63,269 nucleotides of DNA from a virus (Duplodnaviria > Caudoviricetes), in the IMG/VR virus record IMGVR_UViG_3300042868_013427, positions 1 to 63,269 of that record. The stretch is one strand, 5' to 3'. Both the position numbers and the translations under genes were made by a program. The notes under the pieces are model-generated. The model made no database searches, was not told the origin of the DNA, and saw only the letters and a list, made by a program, of their open reading frames with translations. Below are positions 9,178 through 21,000 of this stretch, piece by piece; the stretch's first letter is position 1; each line of letters opens with the position of its first letter.

Positions 9178-9413
9178 TCCTGGCTCTCCTGTTGCTTTTG
9201 TTTTGATAGTCTTCTTGATATTCTTCCCCTTGTCAGATCGTATGGAGACATCTCCATCTGGACCTGGTCTCCGACGATCACCTTTATTGAATTGATCCTC
9301 ATCTTTCCAGAGAGGTATGCAAGTATTAGAGATCCGTTTTCCAGCTTCACCCTAAAGTTTCCATTGGATAGTGACTCCTCAATGGTTCCGTTTACTATTA
9401 TGTTTTCCTTCAT
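9174..9413 (-). CDS. infA: translation initiation factor IF-1
   Basis: GTIEESLSNGNFRVKLENG..ILAYLSGKMR...GDQV..EMSPYDLTRGRI matches IF-1 over its full length. Confidence 0.93.
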   Translation of the reverse strand: MKENIIVNGTIEESLSNGNFRVKLENGSLILAYLSGKMRINSIKVIVGDQVQMEMSPYDLTRGRISRRLSKQKQQESQE

Positions 9414-9493
9414 CAGAAAATACCTTGATTGAACATGTTGGAATATAAGAACATATCTCCTAGAATGAGAAATGTTTTTTGGTTATATAGAAC

Positions 9494-9688
9494 ATGAAGA
9501 AGAACGAGAATGATGGAGGAGCAGCCCCTGCTGGCTTTGCAACGCTGGCTGACACGCCCGGAATGGGAGACGTTGTCATGCCTACCGCAACATCCGTTGG
9601 AAGCGGCGACATCTTTGGAAGCGTCATGGATTTTGGATCATGGAAGAAGACAAAGAGAAGAAAAAGGAAAAAGGCCAAAAGGTCTTAA
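9494..9688 (+). CDS. small hypothetical protein, probably late/virion
   Basis: TTATATAG just upstream; ATLADTPGMG..P...GSGD core and basic tail. Confidence 0.6.
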   Translation: MKKNENDGGAAPAGFATLADTPGMGDVVMPTATSVGSGDIFGSVMDFGSWKKTKRRKRKKAKRS

Positions 9689-9864
9689 CACACCCACTTG
9701 AATCGTACCTTCTTGCAGGCCTTCTTTTCTTCCTTGCTGTTATTATTGAAGTAGAAGTCCCAGCCCTTCTTTGGTTGCTCTGCTACCTCGGCTTGTGCAA
9801 ATGATGACCCCTGCTTTGAATCAAACATTCTCTCTTGATCAGCTTCAACTGATTTCTTCGGCAT
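9685..9864 (-). CDS. 59-aa hypothetical protein (not in ORF track)
   Basis: manual translation MPKKSVEADQERMFDSKQG...KKVRFKWVC; fills the intergenic gap. Confidence 0.45.
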   Translation of the reverse strand: MPKKSVEADQERMFDSKQGSSFAQAEVAEQPKKGWDFYFNNNSKEEKKACKKVRFKWVC

Positions 9865-9935
9865 CTATTCATTTTTTTATAATTGCCAACAGTGAATTAG
9901 AGAGCTCTTAAGATCACTTCAGATTCTTTTAGGTG

Positions 9936-10322
9936 TTACTTGAGGTTTAGGAGATAGAGGAGCTTGTTTGTCGCATTCTTCATGTCAAGGACGATGTCCT
10001 GAAGATCAAGGTCTCCCGTTGATTCAAACTCCTTGCAAACGCCGTCAAGGAACTCATTGAACTCTGTGAAGTAAGGTATCATTGTTTCTGCTGATACGTT
10101 TGGCTCTGACACAACAGAGAATGGAATCTTTGCCTTTCTTGTGAACATGTCTGGGTGCTTTCCCTTTGCAGCCTCAAACAGAGCATCGATGCTGTCGAGC
10201 AGAGAGTCGTAAAATCCTCCTAAAGCAACGTGTGCTGCATAGCTCTTCGTGTTCCAGTGGAACATGTGCGACTGGTCTCTTGTCTGAAGCAGCCTCTGTA
10301 TTGTGCCTTCTAGTTGTGCCAT
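9936..10322 (-). CDS. Dps/ferritin-like four-helix protein (DUF5856-like)
   Basis: HMFHWNTKSYAAHVALGGFYD..D.LFE motif and LLYLL.L end. Confidence 0.8.
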   Translation of the reverse strand: MAQLEGTIQRLLQTRDQSHMFHWNTKSYAAHVALGGFYDSLLDSIDALFEAAKGKHPDMFTRKAKIPFSVVSEPNVSAETMIPYFTEFNEFLDGVCKEFESTGDLDLQDIVLDMKNATNKLLYLLNLK

Positions 10323-10346
10323 GGTTTTTGCTTGTTTTTGTTACCG

Positions 10347-10354
10347 TATATATA
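10347..10354. promoter_or_regulatory. palindromic TATATATA, candidate bidirectional late promoter
   Basis: lies between divergent starts 10322 (-) and 10374 (+). Confidence 0.55.
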
Positions 10355-10373
10355 ATACAACAATTACACGAAA

Positions 10374-11399
10374 ATGTTAAGGATTGAGTTCATATTCGAG
10401 GATGAAACAGTTGTTTTCACCAAGCATGGCGATGAGAGAAGGGTCATGAGAGATGGCCAGATGGTCGGAGTCTCAAGGGACAGAATAGAGAACATCATTC
10501 ACAACAATTTCAAGAGGATAAAGCCGTTCTGGGGTCGGTTCAACAAGTTCATATTTAGAAACCAGAAGGACGGTCTCAATGTTGTAGGAGAGCTTGTGAG
10601 AGACGGAGACGACTGGACTTTCAAGGTTGTGACTGTGATGTTCAAGCACAACTACAAGCCGTACTTCGGAGACTACGTTGTAAACGTCAATGAATCAAAG
10701 AACCTGATGATGTTTGAGTCCTTCATGGAAGCAGAGGATAGAATCATGGAGATTGCATCAGACGAAGGCGGTGTGTTTGACTACGAACAGACTGCAGCAG
10801 GAGATGAAGAAGGAATGTTCTCTTGGGTCATAAAGATCACAGATGAATCTGGGATAGATGATGAGATGGTTCTCAACATAGAATACATCAAGGATCCTTC
10901 AACAAAGCAAGAGATGGTGAAATGGTTTGAGAAGTTTGAGGATGTCATTGAATGCCTCGGGATGATTGACGGAAACGACATGAAACAGACAAAGTCCCTG
11001 AGAGAGAACCTTGATGCAAAGAAGTGGTCAAGCCTCATTGACATAGCAGAGGTTGAGATGATGAGCAAGAAGTGGAACTACGAGATCACAGGATACGGAA
11101 AGGCAATAGCTCTGAAGCTCCTGAGGACGAGGTTCAAGATCATAAAGGGCTGGGTCGATGCGTACAAGCCGGATGTTTTCCTCTCAAAGCCAAAGAAGGA
11201 GGATCAAAAGGATAACAGAAGAATGAGGATATATGAGCTCTACTTCAAGAAGTATCTGAGTGGTTATAGTGTGTTCACAAAGGACATGACTTATGCAAGG
11301 CCTTGGTTCTCAAGCGACATACTTGTGTGTCTAAACGAGAGGATAAACGGCAGAATAATCTCCTCAATTGAAGAAGATATAGAAAGGGCAATATACTAA
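10374..11399 (+). CDS. two-domain protein; N-terminal domain resembles a RelE/BECR-fold RNase
   Basis: FTKHGDERR...FKVVTVM pattern; internal VNE-SKNLMMFESFME segment. Confidence 0.5.
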   Translation: MLRIEFIFEDETVVFTKHGDERRVMRDGQMVGVSRDRIENIIHNNFKRIKPFWGRFNKFIFRNQKDGLNVVGELVRDGDDWTFKVVTVMFKHNYKPYFGDYVVNVNESKNLMMFESFMEAEDRIMEIASDEGGVFDYEQTAAGDEEGMFSWVIKITDESGIDDEMVLNIEYIKDPSTKQEMVKWFEKFEDVIECLGMIDGNDMKQTKSLRENLDAKKWSSLIDIAEVEMMSKKWNYEITGYGKAIALKLLRTRFKIIKGWVDAYKPDVFLSKPKKEDQKDNRRMRIYELYFKKYLSGYSVFTKDMTYARPWFSSDILVCLNERINGRIISSIEEDIERAIY

Positions 11400-11411
11400 A
11401 ATATGTATTGA

Positions 11412-11864
11412 TTAAGAAGGAATCTGTGGCCATACTACTAGTTTAGGATCAGCTACATTAGTAATATCTCTTAGCTTTTGACGATACTCCTTCCATTGTA
11501 CTATTTTAGACTCTTCTAGTGATACATCAGGAAGTTGTGTCCAATCGCATTCCAAAAGAAGTATGTTTCTTTTAGATCTTATTAGCTGCCATTCCATTTC
11601 AACAAATTGATTGATTTCATCGCTGGTCATATCTCTCACCTGCTGATATTCAATCCATTCTGTTTCTGTCAACTCATATGTTGATTCAATGATAACCTTA
11701 TTTTCCATTGGTCCAATGTAGGGAACAAATCTTGCAGGATACCACCCATATTCTCTTAATGTTTCATTTGGAAGTATCTTGAAATTTGAAATATTGAGCC
11801 AATTCTCAGGTAGGGGTCTTGGTTGTTCTACAACCGATCCAGATTCTATTCTAACGTAATTCAT
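11412..11864 (-). CDS. tail fibre assembly chaperone
   Basis: W..IRSKRN.LL.ECDWTQLPD...W.EYRQKLRDI...WP motif. Confidence 0.85.
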   Translation of the reverse strand: MNYVRIESGSVVEQPRPLPENWLNISNFKILPNETLREYGWYPARFVPYIGPMENKVIIESTYELTETEWIEYQQVRDMTSDEINQFVEMEWQLIRSKRNILLLECDWTQLPDVSLEESKIVQWKEYRQKLRDITNVADPKLVVWPQIPS

Positions 11865-11872
11865 GGTTCTAT

Positions 11873-12478
11873 TTATTCTATTTTCTTAAATACTGCCATT
11901 TCACGAAGACCTAATAACTCCAATCTACCATTTCTAATGAAGGATTCTTTTATAAATTCAATTGAAATGTATGGAATGTTTTCAAGCCTAGCTTCATTTA
12001 GTCCCCATTGATAGTCGTCAAAAACAAGGATTCCTCCTGGTTTTAGAAGAAGGTAAGATAGGACTGCATCTATCATGACATTAGAAGATTCATGGCTACC
12101 ATCTATATAAATCATGTCAAACAGAAGCTGTTTAGAAAATAGCTTTGGGAGCTCAACTTCAGATTTTCCAGTGATTGGTATGCATTTACCCGAACTAATA
12201 TGTTCCCTGAGGTTAAATGAAAATTTACCATACAAATCATCTACATCAAGATCATTTATCCTGTGCTCGTTGCTTCCTTGCCATGTATCCACACAGTAGA
12301 TACATGAACCATCGTTCTGAAGAAAGTTTTCTATGAACCATAATGCAGACTTGCCCTCAAATGATCCTATTTCTAATATCTTCGGGTAGTCGATTTTTTC
12401 TAATTCTGGTTTTACGTGGCAAACAAACTCAGATATGTTTTTGTACAACCAGTCCTGCGTAAATTTATATTCTTCCAT
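11873..12478 (-). CDS. class I SAM-dependent methyltransferase (Methyltransf_24-like)
   Basis: LEIGSFEGKS, CVDTW, FDMIYIDGSH, LKPGGILVFDDY. Confidence 0.9.
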   Translation of the reverse strand: MEEYKFTQDWLYKNISEFVCHVKPELEKIDYPKILEIGSFEGKSALWFIENFLQNDGSCIYCVDTWQGSNEHRINDLDVDDLYGKFSFNLREHISSGKCIPITGKSEVELPKLFSKQLLFDMIYIDGSHESSNVMIDAVLSYLLLKPGGILVFDDYQWGLNEARLENIPYISIEFIKESFIRNGRLELLGLREMAVFKKIE

Positions 12479-12479
12479 T

Positions 12480-13262
12480 CTAATTAAAATTTCTTGAAAT
12501 ACTGTCCCAAAGATCCTTCCAATTTATATATGGATCCTTTTGCTCCTCAAATTGCAGATGAAGTGCAAGCGATGGAATAGGATTAAATAACATCACACGG
12601 TTTCTCCATATGTTAGAGATTGTGGTATCTTCTGTTATATTGTTTTTAATTCCCCATTCAGTCATGTATTCTGTGGCCAACGTGTAAAAATCAGGCCAGT
12701 TCTCTCTAACAATCTTTGGATTACACATCAAGGTAAAGGGAGAAAATGTAACTGTCCTCCAATGCCTATTTTTACCATACACAACCAGTGAATTCTCAAT
12801 GAATGATCCTGTGTAATTTCGCGGTTCATCAAATGGGTATATCGCAACTTCATTTTGAACCAATGAAGATATGTTCCCATACTCATCAATCATTTCTTGT
12901 ATTGCATCTTCATAATGTAGATAGTCATCCTCGACGAAGTATATGAGATCAGATGAAGATTCTTTTCCCATCTCAAATTGTTTTAGCGCACTTTCATTCC
13001 ATCCACGCTTTTCCAGCTCTATGAATTTGTAGTTAATAACAAAGTGATTAAAGATGGAATGTATTTTTTGTATTGTCTCATGTCTGGAATGGTCATCGAT
13101 CCATATGACATTTATCTCATGGGTTGATTTTGATATAGAGTGTGCCAAAGATGATATGCATCTTAATACTATCTCTGACTTTTCAGCTTTAACATACCTT
13201 GGAAGTGGGTGTGTGTGTATATCTAAAAAATCATGTGTTCTTAATATAACATCAACCTTCAT
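12480..13262 (-). CDS. GT-A fold glycosyltransferase-like protein
   Basis: DDHS and YFVEDDYLH motifs; paralog of the next gene. Confidence 0.75.
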   Translation of the reverse strand: MKVDVILRTHDFLDIHTHPLPRYVKAEKSEIVLRCISSLAHSISKSTHEINVIWIDDHSRHETIQKIHSIFNHFVINYKFIELEKRGWNESALKQFEMGKESSSDLIYFVEDDYLHYEDAIQEMIDEYGNISSLVQNEVAIYPFDEPRNYTGSFIENSLVVYGKNRHWRTVTFSPFTLMCNPKIVRENWPDFYTLATEYMTEWGIKNNITEDTTISNIWRNRVMLFNPIPSLALHLQFEEQKDPYINWKDLWDSISRNFN

Positions 13263-14074
13263 TTATTTTCTCCCGATACATAATCGATATTTATGCTATC
13301 CCATAATTTTTTCCAATCAATGTATGGGTCCATCTGATCTTTGTATTGCATATGCAGTGCAACAGAAGGAATAGGGGTGAATAGGCAAACACTCTCTCTC
13401 CATATTTTGTTTATAGTAGTTCCTTCGTGTATGTTAAATGCTTCTCCCCATTCTGTTCCATACTCTGTTGCAAGAGTATAAAAAATGCTCCAATTCTTCC
13501 TGATTATTTCAGGGTTGCACATGAACGTGAATGTTGTGTATTGATTTGTTCTCCATCTTCTACCATGCCCATAGACAATTTTTGTTGGAATTATCCATCT
13601 TGGCTTGTAATTGTCTGGATCATCAAATGGGTGTATGGCCACCTCATCATTTAATTTATATTTGAACAGCTCATATGCACTGACCATTTCCTTTATTGCT
13701 TCAGGAAAATGTAGATAATCGTCCTCTACAAAATACACAAGATCTGCATCTGAATCCCTTCCTCGTTCAAATTGTGCAAGCGCGCTGCTATTCCATCCCT
13801 CAATTTCAAGTGCAATATACTCATATGAACATTTAGACTCTGTAAACAATTTATGTAGTGCTTCTATGCAATCACTGCTTGAATGATCATCATACCAGTA
13901 ATATTTGGCCTTAATTTCACTGTTCTCTGATGTAAAGTTTTGTACTGAGTTTACTAATGATTGAATACACTTGTATATTAGGGTGCTTTTATCAGAACCA
14001 CAGTACCTTTTTTCCGTGGTGTGAGAGTGGATGTCCCTTTTATTGTGAGTTCTTAGAACTACATCTATCTTCAT
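13259..14074 (-). CDS. GT-A fold glycosyltransferase-like protein
   Basis: DDHS and YFVEDDYLH motifs; tandem paralog of 12480..13262. Confidence 0.75.
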   Translation of the reverse strand: MKIDVVLRTHNKRDIHSHTTEKRYCGSDKSTLIYKCIQSLVNSVQNFTSENSEIKAKYYWYDDHSSSDCIEALHKLFTESKCSYEYIALEIEGWNSSALAQFERGRDSDADLVYFVEDDYLHFPEAIKEMVSAYELFKYKLNDEVAIHPFDDPDNYKPRWIIPTKIVYGHGRRWRTNQYTTFTFMCNPEIIRKNWSIFYTLATEYGTEWGEAFNIHEGTTINKIWRESVCLFTPIPSVALHMQYKDQMDPYIDWKKLWDSINIDYVSGENK

Positions 14075-14076
14075 CG

Positions 14077-15090
14077 TTAAATCCTAGTTAGTTCAAGAAG
14101 TGCTTCTCTTATCTCAAAGAATGGTGTTTCCCATTCTCCGTATGTCTTTTGTCTAAACAATCGAACAGAGTCATACCATCTAGATGTATTTCCAGGCACC
14201 GCCCAACTATAGTATGGCATTATCGGTGCAACAACCCATGTAGGAATTCCCAATGCCCCAGATAGGTGGGCAATTGAGGTGCAGGAGGTTATAACGAGAT
14301 CCAATCCTGCTATAATTGCAGCTGTGTCCTCCCATGTCTTCAGTTGTTCTCTTAAATCACCAAAAGGAAGGCCATCAACAAGATTTTCATCCCTTTGAAG
14401 AGAATAGAATGTTGTTCTTGGAACATTGTAGAGATCTATCATCAATTGCGGGTCAAACCTTCGATGTTGTTCATCCTCAAATTCTGGGTTTCCGCTCCAT
14501 CTTATTCCAACCTTTAAGTTTCCTGGTTTAGAAAAAAGTTCTCTTTTTGCAATTTCTTTCATATATGGAGATCCATCAAGATCTTCATATTCCATGTTTA
14601 ATATGAATGCAGCAGACATTCCGGGTATCCAATAATCATAATATGCACCATAGATAACTTCATTGTCTATGCATACGTATCCATGGCGTGAGAATATCTG
14701 CTTTAATTCAGGAGAACAAGATATAATTACCCTTGCCCCCATCTCCTTAAACTTTTTAGCAAACCGAAAATTCATTATTTGATCACCATACCCTCCTTCA
14801 CATCTAAAGAGAAGTGTCTTCCCTTCAAGAGGTTCATCCTTCCATATTTTTCCAGGTATTGGAGGAAGGCCAAAAACATTGATGAACCTTCCATAATTGA
14901 AGTGCTCAAATGCCTTTTTCATGTTTCCATGGCGCATTTCATGCCACCCAAGATTGAAAAGAACTCGTAAATCGTCCTGTGGCTGGGATCTAAGTATCTC
15001 TTCGCTTATTTCGGGATGTCCATTAGTTGATGCCTCTAACGCAATATCTAAAGGGTGTGTCTTTTCTTTTGTAGTTAATTTATTTACCAT
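14077..15090 (-). CDS. TPR-like plus GT-B (family 9-like) glycosyltransferase
   Basis: EGGYGDQI, KVGIRWSGNP, DTAAIIAGLDLVITSCTSIAHLSGALGIPTW. Confidence 0.85.
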   Translation of the reverse strand: MVNKLTTKEKTHPLDIALEASTNGHPEISEEILRSQPQDDLRVLFNLGWHEMRHGNMKKAFEHFNYGRFINVFGLPPIPGKIWKDEPLEGKTLLFRCEGGYGDQIMNFRFAKKFKEMGARVIISCSPELKQIFSRHGYVCIDNEVIYGAYYDYWIPGMSAAFILNMEYEDLDGSPYMKEIAKRELFSKPGNLKVGIRWSGNPEFEDEQHRRFDPQLMIDLYNVPRTTFYSLQRDENLVDGLPFGDLREQLKTWEDTAAIIAGLDLVITSCTSIAHLSGALGIPTWVVAPIMPYYSWAVPGNTSRWYDSVRLFRQKTYGEWETPFFEIREALLELTRI

Positions 15091-18000
15091 TATACAACAT
15101 ATGATTGTTTTGCTATTGAAAACCCATAACCTAGAGTTATATCATCCCATATTGATAAAGTTCCTATCTGAACAGGTGTGCTTCTGTTTGCAGTTGTTCC
15201 ATTTCCAAGATTTCCTGCCGTGTTTAATCCCCATGCCCAAAGCGTTCCGTTTGTTGTAATGGCCATCGTAGACCCCCATCCATTCGATACCTTGCTCCAA
15301 ATGGCAGCCCCTATTTGAATAGGAGAAAAAAAACTAGTTCCCGATCTATTATTTCCTAATTCTCCAAAATATGCTGATCCAAACCCCCAAAGCGTTCCAT
15401 CTGTTTTCAATGCCATTGTTGAACCCCACCAGGTTCCTCCTCCTGGATTTACAGGAGTCATGCTTAATGTTAAGCTTGACCAGTTAGTGTCTGATCCTAC
15501 CTGAATGGCAGATGATGCTATCCCGCCAGGAACATTACTTCCTAATTGGCCATCCGACCCAGCACCCCACATCCAAAGCGTTCCATTTGTTTTTATTGCG
15601 CCACCATATCTTTGCGGCGTTCCTTTATAAATGATTGAATAACCCATTCCTACCTGGACAGGGCTTGATATGTAAGTAACTGGGCTTAATGGCATTGCTC
15701 CAGTTCCATTTCCAGGATAAGTCATGGTATGTCCAAGACCTAGGCCTCCTCCCGAATTCTCCCCCCATGCCCATATCGATGTGTTGCTTAGTGCAAGTGT
15801 CATAGATGGAGATCCATAAGAATAATTACCGTAGTTTTGTCTAAGGGATAACCAATTATTACTTGTGCCAACCTGAACAGGTGAACTCATGGCAGTGCCC
15901 AAGAAATTATCTCCTCTGTAAACTGTGCCAGCAACCCCCCATCTCCATAGAGTTGAATCGCTTCTTACTCCAAATGAAACATTTAATCCTGTTGCTATAT
16001 CCAGCCATCCAGTCAATGCACCAACCTGAACAGGTGAACTTGCGTTCGTTGCGTTGTTTGTTCCAAATTGCCCACTTGAGTTTAATCCTACTGCCCACAT
16101 TGTTCCATTTGTCCTAGTAAATAATGTGTGGCTTACACCAGGTGCGGCCTTTGACCACACTGCTAATGCACCTATCTGTTGTCTTGTACTAAATGCAACG
16201 CTAGAATTATTCAATCCTAACATTCCAGATGCATTGCTTCCAACCGCCCATAGCGTTCCTGATGTTGTTAAAGAGAAAGAGGTTCTATTTCCAATAAATA
16301 TCTGGCTCCATGCATTTCCTGCTCCAGTTTGCACTGGGCTGCTTCTGTTTAGAGCATCGCCGTGGCCAAGCTGCCCGCTAGTGTTGTTTCCCCACATCCA
16401 CATTGTTGATGTGGATTTTATTGCGCCAGAAGAAAGGTATCCTGCAAAAACTTTAGACCAGTTTGTGTCAGCTCCAATTTGCACAGGTGAGCTTCTGTTT
16501 ATAACGGTTCCATCTCCAAGGCTACCTGATAAGTTATTTCCCCATGCCCACAGCGTTCCTCCGGATTTCAATGCAAGAACATATCCAGCTCCAGCTGCTA
16601 CATCAATCCAGTCAGTTGCTGATCCTACTTGAACAGAAGAGCTGTAAGTTGTTGTATTGTTCTGGCCAAGGCCGCCTCTTTGATTATCGCCCCATGCCCA
16701 TAGTGTTCCATCAGTTTTTATTCCTGCTGAAGTGTATCCAAGTGATATTTTAGTGTAATTGGATGGGGCACCAAAAATAAATGTCTTCGGCTCCACAGGC
16801 CAATCTGCACCAGTTTTTCCATTGGATATATCTCCCCATGCCCAAAGAGTGCCATCTGTTTTCAGTCCTAATGTACCAAACTCATATGTTGCAACATTCG
16901 ACCAATTTGTTGCGGAATCCATCTGCGTAGGAAAGGATCTATCATTATTGAAATTGTTTCCTAATTGCCCTTCACCCCCTCTGCCCCAGGTCCAAAGTGT
17001 TCCATTGGTCTTTACTGCAGCTGTGTGCGAAGTAAATTCTGATGATGTATATGGACCTGCTGCAACCTTGCTCCAATTTGAATCGCTTCCTACCTGTACA
17101 GGTTCTGCTATGAATGTGTAGTTTACTGAAGTTAGACCTATTCCAAATGCAGTAGATGCCCTTCCCCAAGTCCATAGGGTTCCATTGGTTCTTATTGCCA
17201 TCACATACGATCTTCCTGCACTTATTGTCTGCCAATTAACATTGCTTGATACCTGTATTGGCGACGAAAGAGAAGTCCTCCAGCCAAGCTGGCCAGATGA
17301 GAATGCACCCCATGTATAAAGATCTCCTGTGCTTCTAACACCCATAACATGAGACCTCCCAGGATACACGTTTGACCAGGACCCTGAAATTTGAACAGGC
17401 GATGATACAGCAGAAAGACCTGGAGAAATTCCCCAATACCAAAAGCTTCCATCAGTCTTTTTTCCAGTTGTTATGCTTTCATTCAATGTTAAGCTTGACC
17501 AAGATGATGGCACTTGGTCAAGCTGATGAAGATAAGTCGGGCCTCTGTATGTTGAACCGGCTCCAATCATTTGGGCCATAACGCCATTGGAATTTATTCC
17601 CCATAGATAGGCGGTTCCATTTGATTTCACGCCAGAAAAGTGGGTGAATCCTGCTGAAACATCCGTCCAATTTCTTCCGCCAAGCTGAACAGGAGAGCTC
17701 CTTGGAACTGTTGTAAGCACAGAGGCCCACCCAAGACCAAATTCACCGTTTAATGGTGATCCCCAACCATGAAGAACATTATCTGAATTTAATGCCATCA
17801 TGAATGAGGTCCCAACGTTCACATGATTTACAGATCCTGATATATCACTTGATATTTGAACAGGGGAACTTTTTGTCACAGCAGTTCCATCTCCTAATTC
17901 ATAGTTAGTATTTTGACCCCACATCCAGATGTTACCGCTTGTTGTTATTGCAGTGCTATTATTGAAACCTGCTGAAGCCTTAGACCAATTTGTTACGCCT

Positions 18001-21000
18001 GTTCCTACCTGTGTTGGAGAGCTTACATTTGTTGTAGAAGAAGATAGGGTGTTGTTTAATCCAAGTATTCCTCCTGAATTATCTCCCCATGAATAGATGG
18101 AATTTGCATTTACTCCAAATGTACATAAAGAACCTGCTGTTGGTTCTGACCATCCAGTAAGAGATCCTATTTGAACTGGTGAGCTCCTGGATATAAATAT
18201 TCCCTGTCCAAGCTGCCCGCTTGTTCCAAGTCCCCATGCCCATAAAGTTCCATTTGTTGTTGTTGCAACAACATGGTTGCCCGTTCCTCCAGAAACGTAT
18301 GCCCAATCACTCCTTGAACCTATCTGAACAGGTGAGCTTCTGTTTATAACGGTTCCATCTCCAATCTGCCCTGATGGATTTTCCCCCCATCCCCATAATG
18401 TCCCGTTGGTTTTTGTTGCAGTTACTGATGTGTTCGTTGATGTTATATTTGACCAATTTGTATCAGTTCCAACCTGTATAGGAGATACAGCTGCACCAAC
18501 TTCCTGTGTGGTTCCAATTCCCAGCTGACCTGCTCCATTTCCTCCCCACCCCCACAACGTCCCATTAGATTTTATGGCATGTGTAGAAAAATAAGAAATG
18601 GATATCTTTGAATTTGACCAGTCATTGCTTGTCCCTATTTGAATTGGAGAGCTTACATTTACAAGAGGAGCAAGTGCATTGTTGTGTCCAAGGTTTCCGT
18701 ATAAGTTATTATCGCCTCCCCATGACCAGATCTTTCCAGATGATATGACTGCGTTAAACCTTCCTCCGGTTGATATAGAGTTTGCTGTCGTTACTGTTAT
18801 TCCAGCCCATGGATCAGCACTAAAATTCCTTGCGCCCGCATCGTTTTGTTCTCCTATCGATGATGGGCTAACCTGTGCGTGAGAGTTTGACCCCCATGTC
18901 CAGATCCTTCCATCTGTTGTTAGGCCCATGCTATGGCTTCTTCCTCCCTTTGCATAGGACCATGTTAGTCCACCGCTAACAAGGAACGGTGCAAACTCAT
19001 TTGTTCCCTGGTTTCCATTTCCAAGCTGTCCATTCTGGTTTAGGCCCCATGCCCAAAGAGAACCATCACTTTTTCTCCCAAGAACATGAGTGTAACCTGC
19101 GTCTATCGTGGTCCAAGCGTTATCTGAAATTGTGCCAATTCTTCCTGGAGAGCTCCTCTGTGTGACTACAACAGTCACCCCCAATTGACCGGTTGCACCG
19201 GTGCCCCATGACCATATTGTTCCGTTACTTTTCAAAGCTATCGTGTATGATTGACCTCCTGATACCTTTGTCCAGTTGGTATCTACGCCAATCTGAACAG
19301 GTGAGCTTTTATTTACGACTGTTCCGTCTCCAAGCTGGCCTGATACATTTCCACCCCATGCCCACAACGTTCCATTGGTTTTTATTGCAATTGTATGCGA
19401 CACACCTGCTGCAGCATCCAACCAATTCGTGTCTGCTCCAATCTGTACAGGTGAGCTTCTGTTTATAACGGTTCCATCTCCAATCTGCCCTGTGGGATTT
19501 GCGCCCCAAGTCCAGAGCGTTCCATTGGTCATTATTGCAACAGTGTGCGTAGATTTCGTTGACACCTTGCTCCATGAAGTCAATGCTCCTATCTGAACAG
19601 GTGAGCTTTTATTTACGACTGTTCCGTCTCCAAGCTGGCCTGATGTATTTAGCCCCCATCCCCATAGTGTGCCATTGGTTCTGATTGCCATCATGTTATA
19701 TTCACCAGAGTCAATGATTGACCAGTTCGTATCGCTGCCAACTGCGGTGGGTATTGTTGGAACCCTAAGACCCATGACAGTAGCAATCGCAATGCCGGTC
19801 TGAGAATTTAACCCCCATGCCCAAAGTGTTCCGTCGGTTCTTACTCCAACGGTATAATTTAATCCTGCGAATACGTTCTGCCATGTGTTTAATGCTCCTA
19901 CCTGGACAGGTGAACTCTTAGTGACTGCGGTGTTGTCGCCTATTTGTCCTGATGTGTTCACGCCCCATCCCCATAGGGTGCCATTTGTTCTGACTGCCAT
20001 TGTATGGCTATGTCCTGTGTTAACAACGTTCCAATTGGCCAAGGATCCTATCTGGACAGGTGAACTCTTAGTGACTGCGGTGTTGTCGCCGAGCATCCCT
20101 GATGTTCCTATTCCCCATGCCCATAATTGACCGCTTGTTGCCAGTGCAAATGTGGTCTGGCTCTTTACTACGACCTTTGTCCAGGTTGGATTTCCCTGAA
20201 GAAGTGGATAATTAGGTATTGCAAATCCAATTTTTCCAGATGTGTTCTCGCCCCATGCCCAAAGGGTCCCATCCGTCTTTACAGCAATGGTGTGGTCTGT
20301 TGCGCAGTCTATACTTTGCCAATTAGTTAGCGAGCCAACCTGAACAGGAGAAGATCTGGACACAGTAGAAATGTGACCTGTTCTAAAATTTGTGCCAAGC
20401 CCCCAGGTCCATAAAGCTCCGTTTGTTCTAGTTGCGCCTGAGTAAGAAGAACCTGCAGAAATGTTTAACCACCCCGTTAAGCTACCAACCTGAACAGGCG
20501 AGCTCCTACTTACAACCGTGCCTGATCCTAGCTCACCAGTGGAATTACCACCCCAGGTCCACAGGGTTCCATCAGTCATTAGAGCCATTGTATGGCTAAC
20601 ACCGATGCTTATTTTTGACCATGTCGTAAGTGCTCCGATCTGGACAGGCGAGCTTTTGTTTACAACAGTCCCGTCTCCGAGCTGGCCCGATGAATTGTTG
20701 CCCCACATCCAAAGGGTTCCATTTGTTTTTATTGCACCTGAAGTTGTTCCAAAGTATGAAGTTTGAACAGATGCCCAGTTTGTATCAGTTCCGATTTGAA
20801 CTGGCGAGCTCCTGCTTATGATGGTTCCATCTCCAAGCTGGCCAGTTGTGCCAAGACCCCATGCCCATAAAGTGCCATCTGTTCTTATTGCAAGCACATG
20901 ATTCGTTCCTCTATTAGAAAAGCTAGACCAGTTTTTATCATATTGATTTAGCGGCAATGGCATACTAGGTGTTTGAAAGAATGCATTGCTTGTGTTTGAT

